Source: Planctomycetota bacterium (lineage in GTDB: Bacteria > Planctomycetota > PLA2 > JAEUHO01). From it: a DNA stretch of 64,000 nucleotides. The notes below the pieces were generated by a model that worked only from the letters and a program-made list of their open reading frames with translations, did no database searches and was not told where the DNA came from. The stretch covers positions 672,001 to 736,000 of the forward strand of contig CBDCTJ010000007.1 in the NCBI GenBank assembly GCA_965222115.1. The letters run 5' to 3'. Every line of letters begins with the position of its first letter. The stretch's first letter is position 1. A program made the position numbers and the translations under genes. This document shows, piece after piece, positions 1 to 9,337 of this stretch.

Positions 1-2
1 CG

Positions 3-149
3 CTTGAACGGCGGACGATCTACATACGAAATGAAGCGGGCAACCTCATCCGCGTCCGGTTCGACCAAGACGCAGATGGCCGTACCGACGCCATGCGGCG
101 ATTCACTTATGTGAGTTCGACGGCGTTCCAGGCCAGTCAGGTCGATTAG
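3..149 (+). CDS. 3' end of a gene entering from the left edge; YD-repeat-like / DxDxDG-repeat protein (partial)
   Basis: Frame 3 reads LERRTIYIRNEAGNLIRVRFDQDADGRTDAMRRFTYVSSTAFQASQVD* with stop at 147-149; Y-x-x-N-x-x-GN and D-x-D-x-DG patterns resemble YD-type repeats. Confidence 0.5.
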   Translation, partial: LERRTIYIRNEAGNLIRVRFDQDADGRTDAMRRFTYVSSTAFQASQVD

Positions 150-186
150 CCTCCAAGTCCCTCAAGTCCAATTTCTCGAAACAGTT

Positions 187-213
187 TGCGTCCTTCCCAG
201 GGTCTGTCCGTCT
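187..213 (+). promoter_or_regulatory. Putative ECF (SigZ-type) autoregulatory promoter
   Basis: TGCGTC (187-192) - 16 nt - CGTCT (209-213) upstream of the ECF sigma gene; CGTC is a typical ECF -10 core. Confidence 0.35.
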
Positions 214-266
214 CCGGAGAAGGAGGCGCTCCTCATCGGGGCATACTAGAAAGCCGGAGTCGAACC

Positions 267-809
267 ATGCAATCCACAGAAGCCATATGGACGGAGTATC
301 ACGAGCGTTTGGTGGCGTTTATTGCCCGGCGCGTGGGCGCAACCGACGCTGAAGACATTGCGCATGACGTGTTCCTGAAGATTCACGCGCGACTGGGGAC
401 GCTGAACGATGAGGCACGCGTGCGGCCTTGGCTGTACCAAATTGCGCGCAACGCCATCATCGATCACTACCGCACGCGGCGCCCCAACGTGAGCCTGCCG
501 GAATGGCTGGAGGCCTCCGAACCCACCGAGAACGAGGCCGTGACCGAAGAGTTGTCTGATTGTCTCGTTTCCTTGATCGAACGCTTGCCTGAAAAGTACC
601 GCACTGCGCTTAGGCGCTTCGAAATGGACGGAGTAGCCCATCGCGACATTGCGCAGCGAGAAGAGATTTCCATATCGGGCGCCAAGTCGCGCGTACAGCG
701 GGGTCGTCATATGTTGCGCAAGTTGCTCGAAGACTGCTGCGCGATCGAACTCGATCGTAGGGGCCAGCCGATTGACGTCGATCGCAAGAATGAGTGTGGC
801 GGTTGTTAG
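267..809 (+). CDS. sigZ: ECF RNA polymerase sigma factor, SigZ type, with Cys-rich C-terminus
   Basis: DAEDIAHDVFLK and WLYQIARNAIIDHYR (region 2), LPEKYR...SISGAKSRVQRGR (region 4), C-terminal EDCC...ECGGC; ATG 267 preceded by GGAG. Confidence 0.85.
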   Translation: MQSTEAIWTEYHERLVAFIARRVGATDAEDIAHDVFLKIHARLGTLNDEARVRPWLYQIARNAIIDHYRTRRPNVSLPEWLEASEPTENEAVTEELSDCLVSLIERLPEKYRTALRRFEMDGVAHRDIAQREEISISGAKSRVQRGRHMLRKLLEDCCAIELDRRGQPIDVDRKNECGGC

Positions 810-866
810 CAAGCTGTCTTTCGTCGCGTTGGGCTGAGTACCCTCCGCTACTGCTATACCACATCC

Positions 867-1535
867 ATGACGCTTCACGATCGCAATACGGTGTTGGACA
901 TGGACTACGACCTACGAGGGGACGACTGGAAGCCAACGCCGCACGGCGTGCTCATGGGCGAGGCGATCGCGGACTATCCCGCGTTGTTCGCTGGGCGAGA
1001 TGTGCTTGAGCTGGGTGGCGGCGTGGGGAATCACACGGTGCCGATGGTGCGTTTGGGCGCCCGCCGAGTGGTCACGACAGAGATCCTCAAAGAACGCAGC
1101 GATACCACGCGCCGCAGCGTGGAGCGCAACTGCCCCGATTCGAACGTGGTCGAGTACCGGGTTGCCGATTGGCTTCACACCGAAGGCACGTTTGATGTAG
1201 TAGTGGCGAATCCGCCCTTTGCGAAGAGCGGCAAGCGCAACCGCCGGTACTTCATCGATTCGCTCATCCTCGATGCCCACAAGCGGTTGCGCCCAGGTGG
1301 GGATTTGATCTTCGTCCAGTCCTCCATGGCCGACATCAAGAAGACAAGGCGCAGGTTGGTGGAGAACGGGTTCGACGTAGAGATCCTGCGTACGAGCGAA
1401 GGCCCGTTTCGCGACTACTACTTTGAAGACGAGTCGTTTATGGAAGAAATCAAGTCTGTGGATGGCGGCTTTGAAGTTCGCGACGGCACGTACTTTGAGA
1501 CGCTCTTCGTTGCGCGTGGACGATTGACGAGTTAG
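867..1535 (+). CDS. Class I SAM-dependent methyltransferase (HemK-like, NPPF motif)
   Basis: VLELGGGVG motif I and DVVVANPPF motif IV. Confidence 0.8.
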   Translation: MTLHDRNTVLDMDYDLRGDDWKPTPHGVLMGEAIADYPALFAGRDVLELGGGVGNHTVPMVRLGARRVVTTEILKERSDTTRRSVERNCPDSNVVEYRVADWLHTEGTFDVVVANPPFAKSGKRNRRYFIDSLILDAHKRLRPGGDLIFVQSSMADIKKTRRRLVENGFDVEILRTSEGPFRDYYFEDESFMEEIKSVDGGFEVRDGTYFETLFVARGRLTS

Positions 1536-2410
1536 TTCTTCGCTACCGCTGACGTGACGTCGAACTCGCCCTTCGTTCGCACGTAAATCGTGCATTCACC
1601 GGCCGAGCAATCAACGTGATGCGTCACGTTGCCCTCGGAGCCAAAATAGCCGCCGGCCTTGAGTGTTTTCGTGTCGCTACTGTCTGCTGCCGTCTCCCCC
1701 TTTACATTGTGGGCAAGTTCACCGTTAATCACCACGCCATGGAGTGGCGAACCACGACTGATCACCGAACCCTTGAACCCGGCGGGAAACTTAACAAGGG
1801 CACGTCGCAGCTGTTCGTCATTTGGGTTGCCCGGCAGCGTCGCCAACGTAGGCCCGCCTGTCGATGCTTTGATGCCGGGAATGTCGCGCCACGGCATATC
1901 GGAAGCGTTCATCCAGATAGGCTGCTCGTCGAACTTAAACGCTTCCTTTGAAGGGAGCACGAGATACGGGCCCTTCTCGATTTCAATGTAGGCAACGTTG
2001 TTGACGCCCTTTACCGCCGTGATGTGAATATCGCCGGCGGGTTGCGTCCAAAACGATCCTGTAGGTAGCCATGTTTCGTCGGCCTTGGGATCGTCATTGT
2101 GAACCAGGCCGCTAATGACAACACCGCGATAGGTAACGGGGTGGATATGCGGCGGTGACGAAAAGCCATCGATGAACTTGACGAGGAAACCACACGGCAC
2201 CGCGGCACCACGATCACCCCAGAGGGTGCCCGCCTTCGGACTCTTGTCGCCGCGCAGGGGATTGAGCGCTTGCCAATCAACGTCCGATGCCAGTACGGTG
2301 CGCACGCTTGTAGGAATCTTCTTCGTAGGGTCCAACAACTGCATGGCCAAGAAGGCACCAAGTATGATGGCGAAGCTGATCAGAACAAGCATCAGTTGTT
2401 TGCGGGACAT
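1532..2410 (-). CDS. DUF4437-like bicupin protein with N-terminal membrane anchor or signal
   Basis: W[20 protein letters not shown], FSSPPHIH and GSFWTQPAG-x-x-H cupin motifs; hydrophobic N-terminus. Confidence 0.75.
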   Translation of the reverse strand: MSRKQLMLVLISFAIILGAFLAMQLLDPTKKIPTSVRTVLASDVDWQALNPLRGDKSPKAGTLWGDRGAAVPCGFLVKFIDGFSSPPHIHPVTYRGVVISGLVHNDDPKADETWLPTGSFWTQPAGDIHITAVKGVNNVAYIEIEKGPYLVLPSKEAFKFDEQPIWMNASDMPWRDIPGIKASTGGPTLATLPGNPNDEQLRRALVKFPAGFKGSVISRGSPLHGVVINGELAHNVKGETAADSSDTKTLKAGGYFGSEGNVTHHVDCSAGECTIYVRTKGEFDVTSAVAKN

Positions 2411-2626
2411 GGGGCCTCCTTCAGGTTGAGCGCGGGCTCATTCTCCGTGTGGATGGGCAGACCTGCGTGCAAATCCGCGAGAGGCGCTACGGGATCTTCA
2501 GTCCGTGTTGTTTCGTTTGGCTCAGCGCGTTCGGCTTCGAATCGCGCGCGCATGAATCACCCATCGCGTAGGACACGCGCACGACGGTGAGCGACTCCCG
2601 CTCCCGCGAGTACAGTTGTTTGTTGC

Positions 2627-2657
2627 TGACCTGCCCCCGAAGAGTGTGCCACTTGGT
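2627..2657. repeat. IS3 terminal inverted repeat (orfB end)
   Basis: TGACCTGCCCCCGAAGAGTGTGCCACTTGGT; near-match to the reverse complement of 3822-3853. Confidence 0.9.
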
Positions 2658-2660
2658 AAC

Positions 2661-3494
2661 TCACGAATTTGAGGGTATGAGAGCCCCCGGAAAGGTCCAG
2701 GCTCGTGGCGCAGGCGGCTTGCCACCTAGCGAACTATGCGGACGGAAGTGATTGTACTCCAAGCGCCAGTTCTCAATCAAGACCTGGGCCTCGGTAAGCG
2801 TGTAATAGATCTCGCCGTTGAGATGCTCATCACGAAGTCTCCCATTGAATGACTCGTTGTAGCCGTTCTCCCAAGGACTACCCGGCTCGATGAATAACGT
2901 GGTCGCGCCTACGGCGCTGATCCACTTGCGTACCGCCTTGGCTGTAAATTCGCTTCCATTATCGGAGCGAATGAAGCCTGGCACACCACGCTCCGTCATC
3001 AAGTCGGCAAGGCATTCCAGCACATCACTCGAACAAAGCCGCCTGGCGACACGAATCGCTAAGCACTCCCGTGTGTATTCATCGACTACCGTCAGCATGC
3101 GAATCGCACGGCCATCATGAGTTCGATCCATCACGAAATCGTAGCTCCAGACGTGGTTTCGACGCTTCGGACGAAGTCGGATACACGAACCGTCTCCGAG
3201 CCACAGCCGCCCTCGCTTTCTTTGCTTCTGAGGCACTTTGAGGCCCTCCTGGCGCCAGATTCGCTCCACTCGTTTGTGATTGACCTTCCAGCCTTCGCGG
3301 CAAAGCAACTCGGTGATTCGCCGATAGCCATAGCGACCGAACTGAATCGCTAGCTCGATGATTCTCGCTCGAAGCCTCTTTTGATATGCCGAGTCCTTCG
3401 GTGGATTCTGCTGCGTCGATCTCGCCTGCCCAAGCACCTTGCAGGCTCGACGCTCTGAAACCCCCAACGTCTTCTGGATCTGTTTCACAGCCAT
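2661..3494 (-). CDS. IS3 transposase OrfB (integrase core, DDE)
   Basis: YGYRRI, WSYDF, RSDNGSEF, PGSPWENGYNESFNG and YNHFRPHSSLG motifs. Confidence 0.95.
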   Translation of the reverse strand: MAVKQIQKTLGVSERRACKVLGQARSTQQNPPKDSAYQKRLRARIIELAIQFGRYGYRRITELLCREGWKVNHKRVERIWRQEGLKVPQKQRKRGRLWLGDGSCIRLRPKRRNHVWSYDFVMDRTHDGRAIRMLTVVDEYTRECLAIRVARRLCSSDVLECLADLMTERGVPGFIRSDNGSEFTAKAVRKWISAVGATTLFIEPGSPWENGYNESFNGRLRDEHLNGEIYYTLTEAQVLIENWRLEYNHFRPHSSLGGKPPAPRAWTFPGALIPSNS

Positions 3495-3511
3495 TCGTCG
3501 ACGATGAGGGC

Positions 3512-3790
3512 TTAGAAGTTTCCCCGTGCGGCTTCCTTCAAAATCGCGTTGTCTAGGTGGGATTCGGCCAGCAAGCGCTTGAGACGAGCGTTCTCGCGCT
3601 CCATCTCCTTCAGACGCTTGGCTTGATCCACCCGAAGGCCACCGTATTCCTTACGCCACCGGTAGTACGTGTTGGGTGTCACGCCCAGCTGCTTGCAGAT
3701 CAACCCTACTTTCGTGCCTTTGGCCAGCTCGATCTCTGCCTGCCTCAGCATCCCAATGATCTGTTCCGTCGAGTACCGCTTCCTTGCCAT
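3512..3790 (-). CDS. IS3 transposase OrfA (HTH)
   Basis: MARKRYSTEQII...TYYRWRKEYGGL...LKEMERENARLK; GGAG RBS upstream. Confidence 0.95.
   Translation of the reverse strand: MARKRYSTEQIIGMLRQAEIELAKGTKVGLICKQLGVTPNTYYRWRKEYGGLRVDQAKRLKEMERENARLKRLLAESHLDNAILKEAARGNF
3518..3524 (-). other. -1 programmed ribosomal frameshift site G-GGA-AAC joining orfA and orfB
   Basis: Minus strand CGG GGA AAC TTC TAA; the -1 frame reads GKLLSPHRRRMAVK straight into OrfB. Confidence 0.8.
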
Positions 3791-3821
3791 CTGCTAACTC
3801 CTGATCGAAAAAGTGTATCCG

Positions 3822-3853
3822 ACCAAGTGGCACGCTCTGAGGGGGGCAGGTCA
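3822..3853. repeat. IS3 terminal inverted repeat (orfA end)
   Basis: ACCAAGTGGCACGCTCTGAGGGGGGCAGGTCA. Confidence 0.9.
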
Positions 3854-3854
3854 G

Positions 3855-4652
3855 TTAACCATGCGCTGGTCGTCGTACTTGCTCGTTCTGTTGCTGTCGT
3901 TTGTCGGATTGAATGCGCTATTTGCGACGGTCTATATGGCGCTGGGGCCCGACGCCATCGCCGGCAGTGCAAACACCGGTGTCGACGGTACGTGGTGGCC
4001 GTGTTTCTTCATGAGTGTGCACACCATGACGGGCGTGGGGTATGGAAACGTGGTTCCGCATGGCTTCGCGGCCAACTTGTTTATGACCTTTGAATCGTTC
4101 CTTGGCTTCGTGTTCGTTGCGTTGGCCACCGGCGTCGTGTTTGCGCGCTTTAGTCGTCCCCAAGCCGCCATCAAGTTCAGCCGGCAGGCCATCGTGGCGC
4201 CCTACCGCGAGGGGGCGGGGTTCATGTTTCGGTTGGCCCATGCGCGCAAGAACGAACTAATCAATCTCCGGGCAACAGTGTTGATGTCGCTCATGGAAGA
4301 ACGCGATGGCGTGATGAAGCGCAACTTCCATCAACTCTCGCTGGAACGTGATCGGGTGGCATTGTTCCCGTTGTCATGGACCGTGGTGCATCCCATGGAT
4401 CAGGACAGCCCCTTCGCGGGCCTTACCCACGAGGAACTCCGTGCGCAAGACGTTGAGATACTGGTCATGATCGAAGGGGTGGACGAGACCTTCTCGCAGC
4501 CCGTCTATGCCCGCACGTCTTATAAGGCCGATCAAATCGTGTGGGGTGCTAAGTTCTCGAATGTGTTCCGGCGCACGTCGTTGGGCACGCCCATGGGTGT
4601 GGACGTGAGTGCGATCCATGATCATGAGCCGGCAGTGGTGGCGACGCCGTAG
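3855..4652 (+). pseudogene. Inward-rectifier K+ channel (KirBac-like), 5'-truncated by the IS
   Basis: TM1, pore SVHTMTGVGYG, TM2, FARFSRP and cytoplasmic LSWTVVHPMDQDSP...GVDETF. Homology begins immediately at the IS end (LTMRW), without the usual N-terminal segment; could be translated from ATG 3861. Confidence 0.8.
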
Positions 4653-4770
4653 CGCTAAAGCGTCTTGCTCATGGCCCTGGCGGTAGTTGCCTTGAATCAG
4701 GGAACGCACCGCACATACACATCCCACGGCCATGGATGTGTGCACGTCCCCTTATTCGATTCGCGAGTCG

Positions 4771-5016
4771 TTACTTAAAAACGCCGAGCACCTTCAAGAG
4801 GAAGATAAGTAAAACAGCGCCAGCGACTGCAATAACCCAGCGCATCACGTCACCGGAGGCGACACCAAGCTTCGGTGCGAGCCAAAAGCCAAGTTGGGAA
4901 CCAATGATGCCGACGATGATATTGGCGATGAGGCCCATCTGAGCGTCGGTTTTCATGAGGATGCTTCCAAGCCATCCGATGACGCCGCCAATAACGAGTG
5001 CGATGATGATGTCCAT
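4771..5016 (-). CDS. GlsB/YeaQ/YmgE (transglycosylase-associated) small membrane protein
   Basis: IGGVIGWLGS...GLIANIIVGIIGS...AVAGAVLL; GGAG RBS before ATG 5016. Confidence 0.9.
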   Translation of the reverse strand: MDIIIALVIGGVIGWLGSILMKTDAQMGLIANIIVGIIGSQLGFWLAPKLGVASGDVMRWVIAVAGAVLLIFLLKVLGVFK

Positions 5017-5190
5017 AGCTGCTCCAAGTACGAGAATCACGCGTATGCTAGTCTCGCCGCGTCCGTGACGACTTGCCCTGCGGCGCCCGAATCGTCCAAT
5101 AGGTGGCGCATGAGTGAAGTTTTTATAATTGGGCCTCTGCGGCGCTTGGCGGGACTTGAGCTCCGGCTCCTGGGGTGAGGTGCCTTGGCG

Positions 5191-7467
5191 CTACTTACCG
5201 AGCGTGCGGTCGAGCGCTTCTGAGACGTAGCCCGGCGTAATCGCCGTGCGCAAAACGACGACGTTTCGACGTGGATCGGGCGGCACAATCACGTACACGG
5301 GAATGCTGTTGCGCCCCAGCTTTGCAAGCGCTTTCGAGATGCGGTCGTCGCGCCGGGTCCAATCGGCGATCATGGGGATCACGCCATGTCGTTTGAAGGC
5401 GTTCGCGACCGTGTCGGATTGCAGGGTTGCTGCGTCATTGGCTTTGCAGGTCAAGCACCAGTCTGCCGTGAAGTCTAAGAACACGGGGCGTCCGGCGTCT
5501 TGGTACTGGCGAATCGCGTGACCGCTGTAGTGTTCCCATCCATTAGGGGGCGTAGACGCAGCCGTCTCTTCTGGCACTTGGCGGAGCACGAAGGCCATGC
5601 CGACGAGTAGAAGTGCACACGCGAGCCCGCGCCCAATGAACCATCGAACCTTCGCCGATCGATGAATCGCGCCAAAGCGTCCGTAGCACCATGCCGCGGC
5701 GGCAACGCATAGCAGCGACGCCAGCAACACGGACACGCTGTCACCGCCCATTTGCCGTCCATAGAGCCACGTGAGCCAGACCACGGTTGCGAGAATAGGA
5801 AACGCAAGCACATGGCGGAGTGTTTCCATCCACGGACCGGGCGTGGGGATCCACTTCACGAGTTTCGGAAACACGGTGATGAGCACGTAGGGCGCGCTCA
5901 TGCCGAGTCCAAGGGCGCCAAACACGCTCAATGCAATCACGGCCGGTTGTGTTGCGGCATAACCAATCGCAGTTCCCATGAATGGTGCGGTACATGGCGT
6001 TGCCACGATCGTCGTCAAGATGCCCGTTGCGAACGATCCCCAGTAGCCGCGGGTACCGTGGGCACCGCCCAAGCGACTGAGGCCCGCACCGATTTCGAAC
6101 ACGCCGAACATGTTTAGGCCAAGCAGAAGCATCACAATGCTGAGGCCCGCAACCACGACGGGTTCCTGCATTTGGAATCCCCAGCCGAGTTCTTCGCCCG
6201 CGCTGCGCAGGCTCAATAAGAGACCGGCAATAGCGAGAAACGAAGCCACGATGCCAAGAGCGAATGCATAGCCGTGTCGTCGTTGCTTCGCTGGCGCGTC
6301 GCCCGCGTGTTCTACGAGACCGAGAATCTTGATTGACAGTACGGGCAACACGCAGGGCATGAGGTTGAGAATGAGCCCGCCGGCGAATGCAAGGAGCAGC
6401 GCCCACCACCAGGACGTGTTCTCCTGGCGATGGCTGCTTTCGTACTCGATGTAGCCGTGGGCCCAGCGAAGGTCATCCATTTCGGGATCGGCGATGGATT
6501 CGATTCCACTGTTTACGTCTGGGAGTGTCGCCGGCATGGCTGGCATGGTGACTACGACTTCGTCCAATGTGTTGGGTGAGGGGTTCCCTTGGTCTCGTTC
6601 GCCCCACCCGACGGCATACCCCGTGGTGGTTTCGCCGGTCTGAATCGTCAGTACACCGTGAAACGCATCGGGGATCCGCCCTTGCGGTTGCAGAAACGGA
6701 AGCCGAAGAACCGTGTGTCCATCGCGCTCAAGCAGAATCGGCGCGGCACTTCGATCGAACGCGGCAAACGTCTCTGGATAGAAGTCAAACGTCGCCTGTT
6801 CATCCTGCCACGGCCCATCGCCTCGAAGCACGAGCTCCTTCTTGGGCGAAAATGACCACGTGTCTGGCATCGCGCGCGGCAAGCGTGACTCGAGCGCGTC
6901 GAATCTCGCTGCATGCTCGGACAACGTGGCGGATTCGTTCGCGCTCTTTGGGATCTCAAGTGTGAGCGTGGCACTTCCAGGCGTGCATCCCTTCGCGTCG
7001 TGGCAAACCAGCCAATCCACATTGACCGTGAGGCGTGACACGTCTGGCACGGTAGATGGCGTTTTGATGCGAAACACGAACAGCGCGTCTCGTTCATACA
7101 CCATCGTCCAATTGGGCTCGACCTTGTGCCATGCCGGTAGGGCCCACGGAAGCGGTTCGATATCGAACCCGTCCGGCATGGTCCACGAGAAGGTGGGCGC
7201 AAGGCCCGCATCGCCCGGCTCTTTCCAGTAGACGTACCAGTCTCTCTCTATCTGAAATCGCACGCCTACGCGCATCGACGAATCGGGAACGATCGTCGCG
7301 ACGTCGGCAAGAACAGTTGCGCGCACCTCGTCGGCTGCGTGCGCGCGCGTACGTTCCTCGCCGTGGGCCGCGCTTCCCGTAATCAACAGCACGGCACTCA
7401 CCCATCCGAGCGCAACGGCAAACCTGCGAATGCCGCGCATCGCTTTGCCTTTGGCGACGCGTGTCAC
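5191..7467 (-). CDS. dsbD: DsbD-family thiol:disulfide interchange protein
   Basis: N-domain YWKEPGDAG and LVC-x5-C; membrane LNLMPCVLPVL and ATPCTAPFMG; C-terminal thioredoxin DFTADWCLTC. Confidence 0.9.
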   Translation of the reverse strand: MTRVAKGKAMRGIRRFAVALGWVSAVLLITGSAAHGEERTRAHAADEVRATVLADVATIVPDSSMRVGVRFQIERDWYVYWKEPGDAGLAPTFSWTMPDGFDIEPLPWALPAWHKVEPNWTMVYERDALFVFRIKTPSTVPDVSRLTVNVDWLVCHDAKGCTPGSATLTLEIPKSANESATLSEHAARFDALESRLPRAMPDTWSFSPKKELVLRGDGPWQDEQATFDFYPETFAAFDRSAAPILLERDGHTVLRLPFLQPQGRIPDAFHGVLTIQTGETTTGYAVGWGERDQGNPSPNTLDEVVVTMPAMPATLPDVNSGIESIADPEMDDLRWAHGYIEYESSHRQENTSWWWALLLAFAGGLILNLMPCVLPVLSIKILGLVEHAGDAPAKQRRHGYAFALGIVASFLAIAGLLLSLRSAGEELGWGFQMQEPVVVAGLSIVMLLLGLNMFGVFEIGAGLSRLGGAHGTRGYWGSFATGILTTIVATPCTAPFMGTAIGYAATQPAVIALSVFGALGLGMSAPYVLITVFPKLVKWIPTPGPWMETLRHVLAFPILATVVWLTWLYGRQMGGDSVSVLLASLLCVAAAAWCYGRFGAIHRSAKVRWFIGRGLACALLLVGMAFVLRQVPEETAASTPPNGWEHYSGHAIRQYQDAGRPVFLDFTADWCLTCKANDAATLQSDTVANAFKRHGVIPMIADWTRRDDRISKALAKLGRNSIPVYVIVPPDPRRNVVVLRTAITPGYVSEALDRTLGK

Positions 7468-7479
7468 GGCAGGTGACGT

Positions 7480-8649
7480 CTAGTACTTCACGCTGCAGCC
7501 ATACGATTGACTGCTCTTGATGGCGATCGGTCTGCGCGCGACAATGTCCGCTATAGCAAGCGCGATGTAGTTCTTGGCTCGCAATACATCAGAAGCCCTT
7601 GCGCTGCGAATGCTGTCGATGCCACCGGAGTATTCAATCGTTCCCTGCGGGCTAATGACGCGCATGCCGGGTGTGGTTCGTGCCCCATACGCACGACCCA
7701 CCGTGCCGCGTGGATCCAATAGGTAGGCCGACGGTGTGGCTCCCAAGCCGCGCATCCGCGAATTGGCAACCGAAGGCGAGAAGTACCCTTGCTTTCCGGG
7801 CGACGAGGAACAAATGGAAAGCCACACAATGCCAGCACGTGAAGCCCGCGCTTGCAACGATTGCATATTGCGGTGCGAGGGTGCGTAGTGCTTGTGTACG
7901 AAGGGGCAGTCGTAGTTGACCCACTCCAAGATGACCCACTTGCCGCGGTAATCGCTCAATCGACGCACGACGCCGTTGGTGTCTTTCAAGGTAAAGCCCG
8001 GCGCCTTCGGCCCCGACGTCTTTGGTGACGCTGCTGCGGTCGCGTTGGCGTAGTTGATCCTGCAACCTTGAGAGGCTTTGGCTGTGAATGGCAGTGCGCG
8101 GCGAGCCACCGCCGCTTGTAATACCTGATCCAGGTAGGGAATCGTTGTCGGTGTTCCCGAACTCTCGATGCCGCCTGCGTATGCCACGTCACCACGCGGA
8201 TTGATTACACGCACCTCGGGCGTTACATGCGCGCCATACATCTTGCCCACAGCGCCGGTCGGATCGAAAAGCAAGGCCGTGGGCTGCGCTCCGAACTTCG
8301 CAAGCAGTGTTTTCGCATGGCGTGGATCCATGGCACCGCGGGTACCGGCGGCGTTGCTATTGATCGATAGCCACACCACGCCGTTGGCACGGTAGCGCTG
8401 TTGCAGCGCTGGAATCTTGCGTGTGGGCGCTTGGTACATGGCCGTGACCGATGGGCAGGCAAAGTTCACCCACTCCAGGACGACCCACTTGCCTCGGTAG
8501 TCGGACAGTTGTCGCACAACGCCATCGGCATCGCGCAGTTGAAAATTGGGTTTGGTCTGGACTCCCTTGGCATTCGCTGGCGTGGCGTTTGTAGCAGCTA
8601 CGGTTACGCAGGCTGCAACGACGAGAGTGAGGGATCGGAGGATCTTCAT
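7480..8649 (-). CDS. Secreted tandem two-domain redoxin (AhpC/TSA-like thioredoxin fold)
   Basis: Signal peptide; two copies of LSDYRGKWVxLEWVN-x-x-CP(S/F)V...YGA-x-x-TP...GC-x-(I/V)-x-Y. Confidence 0.85.
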   Translation of the reverse strand: MKILRSLTLVVAACVTVAATNATPANAKGVQTKPNFQLRDADGVVRQLSDYRGKWVVLEWVNFACPSVTAMYQAPTRKIPALQQRYRANGVVWLSINSNAAGTRGAMDPRHAKTLLAKFGAQPTALLFDPTGAVGKMYGAHVTPEVRVINPRGDVAYAGGIESSGTPTTIPYLDQVLQAAVARRALPFTAKASQGCRINYANATAAASPKTSGPKAPGFTLKDTNGVVRRLSDYRGKWVILEWVNYDCPFVHKHYAPSHRNMQSLQARASRAGIVWLSICSSSPGKQGYFSPSVANSRMRGLGATPSAYLLDPRGTVGRAYGARTTPGMRVISPQGTIEYSGGIDSIRSARASDVLRAKNYIALAIADIVARRPIAIKSSQSYGCSVKY

Positions 8650-8884
8650 GGCTTGTGTCGTTCCTTACCGTTTCGAGTTTTCTTTGTTGCGGAATCGGCC
8701 TCGCTACCGCGCCCTGAGCGTGCCGGATGCTCAGGTGCCCACATGCTTGGTCGAACAACTGTTCTGTCGCACCGTGAGCAGGCCACCCGCGGGAAGTCCA
8801 ACACGCGTACGTCCTTCAAGAGACGATGCTTGAACGGCCTCGCGCGGGCTAATGATGGTAAGGAGGTCGTACCCTCCTGCAACC

Positions 8885-8911
8885 AGGCACTTCTTCGTAG
8901 TATAAGTACCT
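8885..8911. promoter_or_regulatory. Inverted-repeat operator in front of the HxlR-type regulator
   Basis: AGGCACTT-N11-AAGTACCT (7/8 complementary) ending just before the ATG at 8913 and enclosing a TAGTAT -10-like hexamer. Confidence 0.55.
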
Positions 8912-8912
8912 C

Positions 8913-9320
8913 ATGGAAACCAAAAAGCCCCGAAAGCCGCTGATTCCCACGGATCCACACATTGGAAATCTCTATTGTGCCACGTGTCCTTGTCGCGAAA
9001 TTCTCGATTTGGTGGCTTCGAAATGGTCATCACTCATTATCGGGCGGCTGGAAAACGACACCCTGCGATTTGGTCAGCTTAAGCGATTGATCCCCGGCGT
9101 GACTTCCAAGATGCTCACGCAGACGCTGCGTCGGCTGGAAGAGGACGGGCTTGTTGCCCGCGACGTTCGACCCACCCGACCGCCGAAGGTTGAATACTCG
9201 TTAACGGCCCTTGGCCAAAGTGCAACCGTACCGCTTGCGGCCATTCGTGATTGGGCAGAACAACACTTGGGCGCCATTGAGGCGGCGCGGGAACGGTATC
9301 GAGCCAATGTCGTTGAGTAG
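8913..9320 (+). CDS. HxlR/DUF24-family winged-helix regulator
   Basis: CPCREILDLVASKWS...RFGQLKR...KMLTQTLRRLEEDGLV...PPKVEYSLT. Confidence 0.92.
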   Translation: METKKPRKPLIPTDPHIGNLYCATCPCREILDLVASKWSSLIIGRLENDTLRFGQLKRLIPGVTSKMLTQTLRRLEEDGLVARDVRPTRPPKVEYSLTALGQSATVPLAAIRDWAEQHLGAIEAARERYRANVVE

Positions 9321-9337
9321 ACGGTTCGTTGTAGGGG

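Larger units (their letters stand above)
2627..3853 (-). mobile_element. IS3-family insertion sequence (IS407-like), 1227 bp
   Basis: TG...CA ends with imperfect 31-32 bp terminal inverted repeats; orfA and orfB linked by a -1 slippery site; no flanking direct repeat visible. Confidence 0.95.
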
